Below, in pieces: positions 29,017 through 37,708 of a DNA stretch of 64,000 bases. The notes beneath the pieces are model-generated. The model was not told the origin of the DNA. It was given only the letters and a program-made list of their open reading frames with translations, and made no database searches. Within the stretch, counting starts at the first letter, position 1. Each line of letters opens with the position of its first letter. The translations under genes were made by a program, and so were the position numbers. The DNA is from an uncultured Pseudomonadota bacterium (GTDB lineage: Bacteria; Oederibacteriota; Muellerivitia; Muellerivitales; Muellerivitaceae): contig CAWIIP010000004.1 of the NCBI GenBank assembly GCA_963836235.1, forward strand, positions 352,001 through 416,000, written 5' to 3'.

Positions 29017-29128
29017 AAAAAGGTACCCCGATTTTTTATGTATTTTATTATCAGTTCAAAACTCTCGAACCCTCTGTATACTACAAAATGTTTCCAGGCC
29101 CAGTAAAAGCTTTTTCGGAGCGAACAAG

Positions 29129-30274
29129 GTGATCATCGGCGTTGACGGAACCTGCCTTCAAGGCGTCCGAACCGGAGTGGGGTGGTACCTGACCCACCTC
29201 TTGGAAGCCCTGTCCCACGTGCTGGAAGAGGATAAGGTTTATGTGTGGATGAACAACCCCACGTCCGAGGAAAGGGCGAGGGTCTCGGAAAACCGTTTCA
29301 TCGTTGTGAGCGCCACCCATTATCCTATGGCGGCCCTGAAACTCACTTGGAACACCCTAGGAACACCCGCCATGGACAGTCTCGTCGGACGTCCCGCCGA
29401 CGTTTATTTTTATCCCAACTACCTTCCGCTGCCCCAAAAACAGGGAAAAAAAGTACTGTTTGTCCATGACTTGACCTTTCTGACGAACCCTGATTTGGCC
29501 TCCCAGGAATCCATCAAGACGCTAGGATCCCAATTAGAAAAGCAGGAGGAGAAAGCCGACTTGATCCTGACCTGTTCGGAGTACAACCGCCATGAGATGA
29601 TCAAACATTTCCCCCATCTTTCCGAATCCAAAATTAGGGTGATTCCCCATGGCCTAGGGGAGCCTTTCCGAAAGCCTTCAGCCCCCGATCGGGTAAAGGC
29701 CGTCCGGGAAAAGCATCATTTTTCCAATCCCTATTTTCTTTATGTGGGAACCTTGGAGCCCCGCAAAAACCTTTTGCGTCTGGTTCACGCCTTCCTGCTT
29801 TTCAAGCAAAAGTCCGAAACCCGTCACGAATTGATTTTGGCCGGACCCAAGGGATGGATCGGCGAGGAGTTCATGCAATTTATCCTCTCTCCTCAGCTGG
29901 CCGATAAGGTGCGCTGGCTGGATTACGTCCAAGAGGAGGATATGCCCGGCCTTTATAGCGGAGCGGATGCTTTTGTTTTTCCGTCGTTAAAAGAAGGATT
30001 CGGGATGCCGCTACTCGAAGCCATGGGCTGCGGCGTACCCGTGCTTTGTTCCAACAGCGCGGCTATACCGGAGGTGGTGGGCGACGCGGCTTGGATGATG
30101 GATCCTTCCAATGTCAATGATTGGTCGATGGCTATGAACCGGATCGCGACGGAACCACAATTCGGCCAACTTTTACGGGAAAAGGGAAAAACCCGAGTGA
30201 GCCTTTTCCAGATTGAAAACACCGCAAAGCAGACCCTGGCCGCCTTGAAAATGGCCGTTCAAAACCATGGCTAA
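29129..30274 (+). CDS. Glycosyltransferase family 4
   Basis: GTG start after GGAG; TGVGWY, VHDL, VGTLEPRKN, EGFGMPLLEAMGCG. Confidence 0.88.
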   Translation: MIIGVDGTCLQGVRTGVGWYLTHLLEALSHVLEEDKVYVWMNNPTSEERARVSENRFIVVSATHYPMAALKLTWNTLGTPAMDSLVGRPADVYFYPNYLPLPQKQGKKVLFVHDLTFLTNPDLASQESIKTLGSQLEKQEEKADLILTCSEYNRHEMIKHFPHLSESKIRVIPHGLGEPFRKPSAPDRVKAVREKHHFSNPYFLYVGTLEPRKNLLRLVHAFLLFKQKSETRHELILAGPKGWIGEEFMQFILSPQLADKVRWLDYVQEEDMPGLYSGADAFVFPSLKEGFGMPLLEAMGCGVPVLCSNSAAIPEVVGDAAWMMDPSNVNDWSMAMNRIATEPQFGQLLREKGKTRVSLFQIENTAKQTLAALKMAVQNHG

Positions 30275-31508
30275 GAAACAAAAAAGGCGCCGGCGCAAAC
30301 CCATTCGCCCCAGCAAAAGGGTGAGGCCCGCCAAACGGGTTCGCGCCCCGAAGCTCAGGCTGTTTCGGAAAGCCAGCCGCATTTACCGGGCCTTTCCCCT
30401 AGAGGTCCCCCCAAAAGAGCTCTTCGACGCTCCCCGCATTTCCGCCCTGCGGCGGATGGAGGAGCAATTTGAGATGGCTCTGTCCCGGCCGAAGGTTTCG
30501 GTGGTCATCGCCAATCGCAACGGCGTGGATTTTCTTTGGCACTGCCTTTTCGCCCTCAAAACGCAAAACTATCCCCCTCACGAAATTATTCTCGTGGATA
30601 ACGCTTCCGACGACGCCAGTGTTTCCTTTGTCAAAACCAATTATCCCCAGGTCAAAATACTGGAATGCCAGGAAAATTTCGGTTTGGCCATGGGCGTGAA
30701 CCTGGGGGCGAAAACCGCGATAGGGGATTTAGTCGCGGTAGTTAGCGCGGGTGTGGTGGTGCCGCCGAATTGGCTGGGTCATTTGGTGAAGGATTTTCAG
30801 AAAAATTGGCCTCGTATTGGAGTGATGTCCTCCCCCCTTGATGAAAAACAAGATGACGGAGGGGAAGGGAAAGGCTCAAACCAAACACTTAATTTCATGG
30901 GCCGCTCCGTGGATGGTTTTTGGGCGGAGCCCCAGGAAGTTTTTAACCCCGAAAGCGGGGGATTGATTTATCCCCGTTTTCTCGCTCCGGATGGTCCTTT
31001 CGATTCGGATTATTCCCAATACCAAGAGGACGTATATTTGGGCTGGAAGTTTCGTTTGGGCCGCCATCGCGCGGGAAAATCACTGGAAGCTAAAATTTTC
31101 CGCAAGTCGGAGGAGGAGTTTCCCGAGGGTCCGGAATGGAAACCCGTCTATTATCAAACCCGCAATCGCTGGATGAACCTTTTACTTTTTTATGAAACGG
31201 GAACTTTAGTGAAAGTCTCGCCTTGGATTTTGGGGGAGGCTTTGGTCCGGTTGCTGGCCAGTTTGGGGATTGGGTTTGATTTCTTTTGGGGAAATTTTTC
31301 CGCCATTCTTTGGGTTTGTTTCCATTTGGCCCTCATCCTTAAAAAACGCAGGGAGATCCAAGAAAAACGCCAGGTGGGGGATAGGGATATCCTCAAATAC
31401 ATCAGCGGCCGCGTGGTTCGGGACCGGGGAGGTTTTTCCAGAATGCTTAATTTTTTTTCGCTGCTCTATTGCCGGATAACAGGCTTGCGGGTGTTGGAAT
31501 GGCAATAA
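30267..31508 (+). CDS. Glycosyltransferase family 2-like protein (divergent) with highly basic N-terminal extension
   Basis: VSVVIAN, LVDNASDD, ENFG, QED, YYQTRN; expected DxD/NxD site reads VSAG. Confidence 0.75.
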   Translation: MAKKQKRRRRKPIRPSKRVRPAKRVRAPKLRLFRKASRIYRAFPLEVPPKELFDAPRISALRRMEEQFEMALSRPKVSVVIANRNGVDFLWHCLFALKTQNYPPHEIILVDNASDDASVSFVKTNYPQVKILECQENFGLAMGVNLGAKTAIGDLVAVVSAGVVVPPNWLGHLVKDFQKNWPRIGVMSSPLDEKQDDGGEGKGSNQTLNFMGRSVDGFWAEPQEVFNPESGGLIYPRFLAPDGPFDSDYSQYQEDVYLGWKFRLGRHRAGKSLEAKIFRKSEEEFPEGPEWKPVYYQTRNRWMNLLLFYETGTLVKVSPWILGEALVRLLASLGIGFDFFWGNFSAILWVCFHLALILKKRREIQEKRQVGDRDILKYISGRVVRDRGGFSRMLNFFSLLYCRITGLRVLEWQ

Positions 31509-31553
31509 AGACAATTTAAAACTTAAAATTGCCGCTCATTCGGGGTACACTCG

Positions 31554-31952
31554 GTGCTCCCCAGGGGTTTCCATAGGGCCCCGAATCCAGGAAAGTGTTG
31601 GAGGTCCGGCTCCTTGTCGAAACTTAATAAAAAAGAATCCACTTTTATCGATGATCCCCAGCGTTGTGAGGTTTGCAACACCACCCTGACTCTCTATCCG
31701 AAGGATTTCGCCTCTTGCCCCCACTGCCAGAGGAATATCTGCCGCCAGTGTTGGGGAGCTCCCTGGAGCACTAAGGCCTTCGCCGCCGAAGCTTGTTCCC
31801 ATGTGGTTTCCAATGACGGCCTCACATTGAACCCCGTGGAAGAGTCCAATCGGGGTTTTCAACTGGATTGGCCCCGGGTGATTTTCGCCCTGATTTTGGG
31901 GGCCCTGGCTATCGGAATCCTTTTCTTTCTTTTAAATCTTTTCGTTTTCTGA
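31554..31952 (+). CDS. Small Cys-rich (Zn-finger-like) protein with C-terminal TM anchor; start uncertain
   Basis: CEVC, CPHC, CRQC, CSH, then hydrophobic C-terminus. Confidence 0.6.
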   Translation: MLPRGFHRAPNPGKCWRSGSLSKLNKKESTFIDDPQRCEVCNTTLTLYPKDFASCPHCQRNICRQCWGAPWSTKAFAAEACSHVVSNDGLTLNPVEESNRGFQLDWPRVIFALILGALAIGILFFLLNLFVF

Positions 31953-31964
31953 TCCGGAAGACCC

Positions 31965-33077
31965 TTGCGTATCGCCCTGGTTCACGATTGGTTAACCGGC
32001 ATGCGGGGCGGGGAAAAAGTCCTCTTGTCCCTGATGGAACTGTTTCCGGGGGCGGATATTTTCACGCTGGTTTACCAGCCTGAAAAATTTGGGGATCTTT
32101 TTGAGGGCCGGAAAGTCACCACTTCTTTTTTACAGCGCCTGCCTTTCGGGAAAACTCGTTACCCCTATTACCTGCCCCTTTATTGGGAACTCATGAAGGG
32201 GTTCGATCTTTCTGGGTACGACCTCATCGTTTCCTCCAGTTCGGCCTGCGCCAAATGGGTTCGCAACCCGAAGAAGATCCTTCATGTTTGTTACTGTCAC
32301 ACTCCCATGCGTTATATTTGGGACCTTTTTGAGGATTATTTTGGATCCCATGCTTCCGCTCCCGTGCGTTGGTCCGCCAAGGCTTTCCGCTCTTACCTGC
32401 AAAAGTGTGACTTGGAATCTAATAAAGGCGTTACCCACTTCCTGGCCAATTCCACCGAGGTTCAGGGCCGGATCAAACGGATTTATGGGCGGGAATCCCA
32501 AGTCATGCATCCACCCGTAGAGATTGACCGTTTCAAATTGAAAAGCGGAAAGGGGAATTATTTCCTGGTGATCTCCGCTTTGGTCCCCTATAAGCGGGTC
32601 GATCTGGCGGTGAAGGTTTGCACCGAACGTAACTGGTCTTTGGTGGTGGTGGGGAAGGGGAGTGAGGAGAAGCGTTTGAGGGCTATGGCGGGCCCCACGG
32701 TTTCGTTCAAAGGATGGGCTTCGGACGAGGAGATGCCTTCTTATTATGAGAACGCCAAGGCATTGCTCTTTCCGGGTAAAGAGGATTTCGGCATTGTGCC
32801 CGTGGAATCCCTGGCTTCGGGCTGCCCCGTGATCGCCTTTGGGGAGGGTGGGGTTTTGGATTCGGTGACCGACGGGGAAACGGGAGTTTTTTTTAAGGAA
32901 CAAACCGCGGCATCCCTGGAAGCGGCCATTGAACGGTTTGAGAAAATGAGCTTTAACCCCGAAACCTTAAGGACGAAGGCCAATCAATTTTCCAAGGCCC
33001 GTTTTTTGTTCCGGGCCCAGGTCTATTTCAGGCGCCTTTATGGGATCAATGTCCAAGAGGAGAATCTTAGTCTTTAA
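31965..33077 (+). CDS. Glycosyltransferase family 4 (WbaZ-like)
   Basis: ALVHDWLTGMRGGEKV, CHTPMRY, PYKRVD, EDFGIVPVES. Confidence 0.9.
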   Translation: MRIALVHDWLTGMRGGEKVLLSLMELFPGADIFTLVYQPEKFGDLFEGRKVTTSFLQRLPFGKTRYPYYLPLYWELMKGFDLSGYDLIVSSSSACAKWVRNPKKILHVCYCHTPMRYIWDLFEDYFGSHASAPVRWSAKAFRSYLQKCDLESNKGVTHFLANSTEVQGRIKRIYGRESQVMHPPVEIDRFKLKSGKGNYFLVISALVPYKRVDLAVKVCTERNWSLVVVGKGSEEKRLRAMAGPTVSFKGWASDEEMPSYYENAKALLFPGKEDFGIVPVESLASGCPVIAFGEGGVLDSVTDGETGVFFKEQTAASLEAAIERFEKMSFNPETLRTKANQFSKARFLFRAQVYFRRLYGINVQEENLSL

Positions 33078-33091
33078 ACTCCCGTTCCCAT

Positions 33092-33120
33092 TTGCCCCCC
33101 CAGCGCCCAATGGTTAAACT
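33092..33120 (+). promoter_or_regulatory. Putative sigma70 promoter for the priming transferase
   Basis: TTGCCC-17 bp-TAAACT. Confidence 0.45.
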
Positions 33121-33152
33121 ATAACTGTTTTCCAATTCGCGGATCGGAACCC

Positions 33153-34541
33153 ATGAAAATCAGAATTCCTTCCATTTTTTCAGTTCTTAGTTTCGGACTG
33201 GATGGTTTGTTGGTTGCCGTTTCCTTCATTTCCGCCAATTGGATAAGGTTTTATTCAGGGTGGATTCCCGCGGGGCCGGTAACCCATTACAGCCATTACC
33301 GGTCTTTTATCTTATTTGTTGTCCTTATCCACTGGGTGGTTTTCAAGTATCTGGGGCTCTACCGGAAAAGACGGGGGATTTCCGGGGTGGATGAGTTGTC
33401 GAAGGTCATCCAGGGCGAATTGCTGGCGGCCATTCTTATTTCTTCCTCTACTTTCCTGATAAAGTTTTTCGCTTTTTCACGTTTGGTCATCGGAATCTCG
33501 GCGGGATTGGTCATTGTCACGGTTTGGCTGGGGCGGACCTTTTTACGTAGAATTCAGATAGTTCTTCGCCGCAGGGGTGTTGGGGTGACCCGCATTTTGG
33601 TCGTGGGGACCGGGGAAACGGCGCGGGTATTGCTCCAGAGGCTCAAAAACAACCCCGGGTTGGGCTACCGGGTGGCCGGCATTGTTTCGGAAGGAAAATC
33701 TTCGGGCGCGGTGGAAGGTTTTAAGATCGTCGGGACGCTTCCCCAATTCACTCAGCTCCTCCAAAAACACGAACCTCACGAGGTCATTTTCGCGCTTCCT
33801 TCCTCGGCCCACGGAAAGTTGCTTCCCATGCTGGTAACCCTTCAGGACACCCTGGTGAAATACAAAATCGTCTCGGACCTTTTCGGCCTCATCACTAACC
33901 CGCTCGAAAGCGATGTATTGTTGGATTTGCCTGTTTTTGAGATGAAGGAAGCCCCTTTGAGCGCTTGGCACAACCGGGCCATCAAAAGGATTTTTGATTT
34001 CATCCTGGCGCTATTGGGGATTGTTTTATTGTGCCCACTTTGGATCCTGGTGGCGATCGGGGTTAAGCTTTCATCGCCTGGACCCATTCTTTTCCATCAA
34101 AAGCGAGTGGGAAGGGACGGCAGGGTATTCCATATGCGGAAGTTTCGCTCGATGACCATAGGGTCGGAAACGGTGGCCTTTACCCAGAAAAACGACCCTC
34201 GGGTGACGCCTTTTGGTGCCTTTCTCCGCAAGACCAGCTTGGACGAATTGCCCCAGCTTTTGAATGTTTTGACGGGCCGCATGAGTTTGGTGGGGCCAAG
34301 GCCCGAAGTGCCGGGGTTGGTGGAAAAGTTTGAGAAGGAAATACCCCGTTATTTCGAGCGGCACCAGGTAAAGTCGGGGATTACGGGTTGGGCCCAGGTG
34401 AACGGCTTTCGGGGTAATACGTCCCTTCATGAACGGGTCAAGTATGACATTTATTACATCGAAAACTGGAGTTTGTTGTTAGATATAAAGATCATCCTGA
34501 GGACGGTGTTGGATATCTTGGAACATGAGCATGCGTATTAA
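33153..34541 (+). CDS. wcaJ: Undecaprenyl-phosphate glucose phosphotransferase (WcaJ-type priming transferase)
   Basis: N-terminal TMs, VGTG CoA-binding-like domain, [34 protein letters not shown]. Confidence 0.88.
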   Translation: MKIRIPSIFSVLSFGLDGLLVAVSFISANWIRFYSGWIPAGPVTHYSHYRSFILFVVLIHWVVFKYLGLYRKRRGISGVDELSKVIQGELLAAILISSSTFLIKFFAFSRLVIGISAGLVIVTVWLGRTFLRRIQIVLRRRGVGVTRILVVGTGETARVLLQRLKNNPGLGYRVAGIVSEGKSSGAVEGFKIVGTLPQFTQLLQKHEPHEVIFALPSSAHGKLLPMLVTLQDTLVKYKIVSDLFGLITNPLESDVLLDLPVFEMKEAPLSAWHNRAIKRIFDFILALLGIVLLCPLWILVAIGVKLSSPGPILFHQKRVGRDGRVFHMRKFRSMTIGSETVAFTQKNDPRVTPFGAFLRKTSLDELPQLLNVLTGRMSLVGPRPEVPGLVEKFEKEIPRYFERHQVKSGITGWAQVNGFRGNTSLHERVKYDIYYIENWSLLLDIKIILRTVLDILEHEHAY

Positions 34542-34565
34542 AGGCGTTGATGGTGAATTTGACAG

Positions 34566-34593
34566 TTTGGTTCGAGTCCAATCCGGGGAGTCA
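34566..34593 (+). pseudogene. tRNA 3'-half fragment (tRNA-Asn-like), possible att scar
   Basis: TTGG-TTCGAGT-CCAA T-arm followed by T-CCGGGGA-G-TCA; no matching TCCCCGG 5' strand upstream. Confidence 0.6.
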
Positions 34594-34635
34594 TTTGGAA
34601 AATTTTCTCAAATTTTTTGATACGGGAAATGGATT

Positions 34636-35193
34636 ATGGCTGTTGTAAAAGAAACATTTGGATGGTGGAAAAGCTCTTGGGGTGCTTTTTTTATATTTAT
34701 TGTTCCGATTTTTTTGCTTGAGAACCTTTCTTCCCCCATAGTGTGGATTTCTTTTGGTTTTTTTATTGCTTTTGGCATCTTCCTTATTCGGGAAGATATT
34801 TTGAATTGGGCGAATAGAAGAAAAATTAAGATTGGGAGGAAAGGAGCAATCGTTATTATCGATGGAAAAAAGCGATTTTCGATTAATAAAAATAAAATCA
34901 ATATATTCAAAAGGAAAAACGCTTATTACTTATTTGGAAATATGTTCATCATAGAGTCTTTATTGATTTTTGTTTTAGCACTCTTCGCGGTTTTTCGCTA
35001 TTTGTCTTCAACGCAAACTACAAATGATCCTTATTTTTTATGGAAATTTAATTTGGGTTTAGTTTTAGGAATTGGTGGTTCCTCAATGTTTTGGACTCGG
35101 TTTATGTGCTTTAGAATTATTTTTGAATATAAAAATTGCCCTTTTAATATATTGATTCCAAACAAGTACTCAAAGCTATTTGATTTGAAGTGA
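34636..35193 (+). CDS. AT-rich orphan membrane protein (about 4 TM)
   Basis: 185-aa ORF, about 30% GC in sampled lines, hydrophobic segments, no family recognised. Confidence 0.6.
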   Translation: MAVVKETFGWWKSSWGAFFIFIVPIFLLENLSSPIVWISFGFFIAFGIFLIREDILNWANRRKIKIGRKGAIVIIDGKKRFSINKNKINIFKRKNAYYLFGNMFIIESLLIFVLALFAVFRYLSSTQTTNDPYFLWKFNLGLVLGIGGSSMFWTRFMCFRIIFEYKNCPFNILIPNKYSKLFDLK

Positions 35194-35286
35194 GTCTCAT
35201 TTCAACAATACCAACCATGTGGACTTTTAGCGAATTACTTGGAATTTAATGGTTCGCAAATCGTACGGAATGGGGAGCCGATATAA

Positions 35287-36204
35287 ATGAAAATACTTGT
35301 GACGGGTGGGGCTGGATTCATCGGTAGTCACGTGGTGGACGCTTATCTTGAGGTCGGCCACCAGGTGGTTGTTGTCGATGACTTTTCCACAGGTAAAAAA
35401 GAAAACCTGAACTCCAAAGCCAAGTTCTACCAAATGGATATCCTGGACGATAAGCTCCAGCATTTGATGCAGGATGAGGGCATTGAATTGGTCAACCACC
35501 ATGCCGCCCAGATAAAGGTGAAAGCCTCACTGGAAGACCCCTACTTCGACGTCAAAGTGAATGTTCTCGGCTCGGTCCTGCTTTTAGACCTTTGCCGTAG
35601 GGCTGGGGTAAAGAAGTTTATCTATGCCTCATCGGGCGGGGCCCAGTATGGGGAAATGGATAAAGTCCCCTTTCCTGAAACCCATCTCTCCCGGCCTTTT
35701 TCGGTTTATGGGGCCAGTAAATACTCAGTGGAAATCTACGCCGATGTTTTCGCCCAGAATTTCGGCTTGGAATTTGTCATTCTTCGCTACGCCAATGTTT
35801 ATGGCCCGCGTCAGGACGCCTTGGGCGAAGGTGGCGTGGTAGCCATCTTCACCCACTCCATGCTCCATGGCGGGGAGTTTGTAATCTTTGGCGACGGTTA
35901 TAATGTGCGGGATTATGTGTATGTGAAGGATTTAGCCAAGGCCAACTTGCTCGCAATCGACTATCCCCACAATGACGTGTTCAACATTGGAACCGGTGTT
36001 GGCACTACAACCAATGAGTTGTTCGAAACCTTAGCCAAGGCGACGGGCCATAAGCAGCCTCCCAAAAGAATTGTGGCTCGTTTAGGTGACTTGCAAAAGA
36101 GCGTTTTGGACGCATCCAAGGCGAAGAAGCTTTTGAAGTGGGAACCGAAGTATGATCTCGCGGCTGGTTTGAAGGAAACGGTGGAATACTACAAGAAGTT
36201 TTGA
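35287..36204 (+). CDS. NAD-dependent epimerase (UDP-glucose 4-epimerase-like extended SDR)
   Basis: TGGAGFIGSH, SSGG, YGASK, RYANVYGPRQ, RDYVYV. Confidence 0.9.
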   Translation: MKILVTGGAGFIGSHVVDAYLEVGHQVVVVDDFSTGKKENLNSKAKFYQMDILDDKLQHLMQDEGIELVNHHAAQIKVKASLEDPYFDVKVNVLGSVLLLDLCRRAGVKKFIYASSGGAQYGEMDKVPFPETHLSRPFSVYGASKYSVEIYADVFAQNFGLEFVILRYANVYGPRQDALGEGGVVAIFTHSMLHGGEFVIFGDGYNVRDYVYVKDLAKANLLAIDYPHNDVFNIGTGVGTTTNELFETLAKATGHKQPPKRIVARLGDLQKSVLDASKAKKLLKWEPKYDLAAGLKETVEYYKKF

Positions 36205-36299
36205 GTTCTAAGTTTTAAGTGTTGAGTTGATGAAAAGTTTTGAAATTTCAAATTCAAAACTTACCGAAACTTAAAACTAAAAACTCAAAACTAAGAACT
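36197..36299. repeat. Inverted heptamer tandem-repeat element
   Basis: AGTTTTG AGTTCTA AGTTTTA AGTGTTG AGTTGAT ... CGAAACT TAAAACT AAAAACT CAAAACT AAGAACT. Confidence 0.85.
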
Positions 36300-36309
36300 G
36301 GAAGTTAAT

Positions 36310-37350
36310 GTGAAAGCCATTATTCTCGTTGGCGGCCAGGGGACCCGTATGCGGCCCTTGACCGACCATCTGCCCAAGAACATCGTGCCCCTTTGCGGCA
36401 CTCCCTTTCTGACTTACCAGATCGAATATCTGAAAAAAGCGGGGGTTAAGGAGATTGTCTTTTCCTCGGGTTACCGTCCGGACGACATCCAAAAGGTTTA
36501 TGGGGATGGTCGAAAGCTGAAAGTCAAAATTCATTACGTCGTGGAGAAAGAACCCCTCGGCACAGCCGGGGCCATCAAGTTCGCCGAGTCCTACGTCAAA
36601 GGGTCTCCCGTGGTGGTGTTGAATGGGGATATCCTGACCGACATTCCATTGAAAAAGATGATCGCCACTCACCGCAAGAATAAGAACATCGCTACCTTGG
36701 GATTGTTCCGGGTGGAGGACCCGACCGCCTATGGCTTGGTTTTGCTGGATTCAAAAGGACAAATCACCCAATTCCTGGAAAAACCGAAGGCGGATGAGGC
36801 GGTGACCGACACCATTAACGCGGGTGTTTATGTGTTCGAGCCGGGGGTGTTCGGCTACATTCCGGAGGGGCAGAATTATTCCGCCGAGAGGGGATTGTTC
36901 CCGGGACTCTTGGCCGCCAAGGAACGTTTCGGCGGATTTGTATGGAAGGGCTATTGGCAGGATATCGGCACTCCCCGCAAATACCTGACCACGAATTGGG
37001 ATGTGTTAAAGGGCGCTTTTCCAGTTTTTGGAAAAATGAAGAAAAAACCAGGCCGTGTTTATATCGGCAAGGGCGTTAAGATCGCCAAAGGGGCCGTCGT
37101 CAAAGGGCCCGCCTATTTGGGGGATGGTTGTGTTATCGGCGAGGGGGCGAAAATACTTCCTTTGAGCGTGTTGGGGTCAAAATGCGAAGTGGGCAAAGGG
37201 GCGGTCGTTTCCAAAAGCGTTTTGTGGGACCAAACTTCCATTGGAGAGGGAGCGGAAGTGATGGAGACGGTGTTGGGGCGTCGATGCGAGGTTCAAAGCA
37301 AGGCCAGGGTGCCAGAGAATACCGTGATGGGGGATGAGACGAAACTTTGA
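36310..37350 (+). CDS. NDP-sugar pyrophosphorylase (mannose-1-phosphate guanylyltransferase-like) with hexapeptide tail
   Basis: GGQGTRMRPLT..PK, EPLGTAG, NGD, FLEKP, INAGVY, WQDIGTP. Confidence 0.88.
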   Translation: MKAIILVGGQGTRMRPLTDHLPKNIVPLCGTPFLTYQIEYLKKAGVKEIVFSSGYRPDDIQKVYGDGRKLKVKIHYVVEKEPLGTAGAIKFAESYVKGSPVVVLNGDILTDIPLKKMIATHRKNKNIATLGLFRVEDPTAYGLVLLDSKGQITQFLEKPKADEAVTDTINAGVYVFEPGVFGYIPEGQNYSAERGLFPGLLAAKERFGGFVWKGYWQDIGTPRKYLTTNWDVLKGAFPVFGKMKKKPGRVYIGKGVKIAKGAVVKGPAYLGDGCVIGEGAKILPLSVLGSKCEVGKGAVVSKSVLWDQTSIGEGAEVMETVLGRRCEVQSKARVPENTVMGDETKL

Positions 37351-37664
37351 TGGAAAACACCGGTTATCAAAAAGCCGCCGACATGAAGGACCTAACTGAC
37401 GGTCAATCCATCGAAGTGGAAGTGGGTCCTTTGCCCCTTCTGTTGCATCGCCGGGGCGATCAAGTATTCGCCACTGGAGTCTATTGCGCCCACCAGGATG
37501 TCCGGCTCAATCCCGCCAATTGCTCCGGCGACACCATTCTTTGCACCGCCCATGGTTACCGCATGAATATCCGCACCGGAGCATGTCTTAATGAAGACGA
37601 CCTATTTCTGCCCACTTATCCGACCATAGTGGAAAAGGGTGAAGTCTGGGTGAAGTTGCATTGA
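37350..37664 (+). CDS. Rieske [2Fe-2S] ferredoxin
   Basis: CAH...CTAHG ligand motifs. Confidence 0.85.
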   Translation: MENTGYQKAADMKDLTDGQSIEVEVGPLPLLLHRRGDQVFATGVYCAHQDVRLNPANCSGDTILCTAHGYRMNIRTGACLNEDDLFLPTYPTIVEKGEVWVKLH

Positions 37665-37708
37665 AAGGATGATAGAATCTCGCCCTATTAAACATTGAAA
37701 GGAACCCC

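Noticed and set aside
33095-33101. C7 run in the putative wcaJ promoter, and T8 near 31451, as phase-variation tracts
   Set aside because: Too short to be convincing without read-level length variation
34518-34593. Complete tRNA gene
   Set aside because: Only T-arm and 3' acceptor strand are present; no 5' strand, D-arm or anticodon arm
36197-36299. CRISPR array at the heptamer repeats (also 50233-50338)
   Set aside because: Units are 7 bp, contiguous and inverted, with no unique spacers and no cas genes
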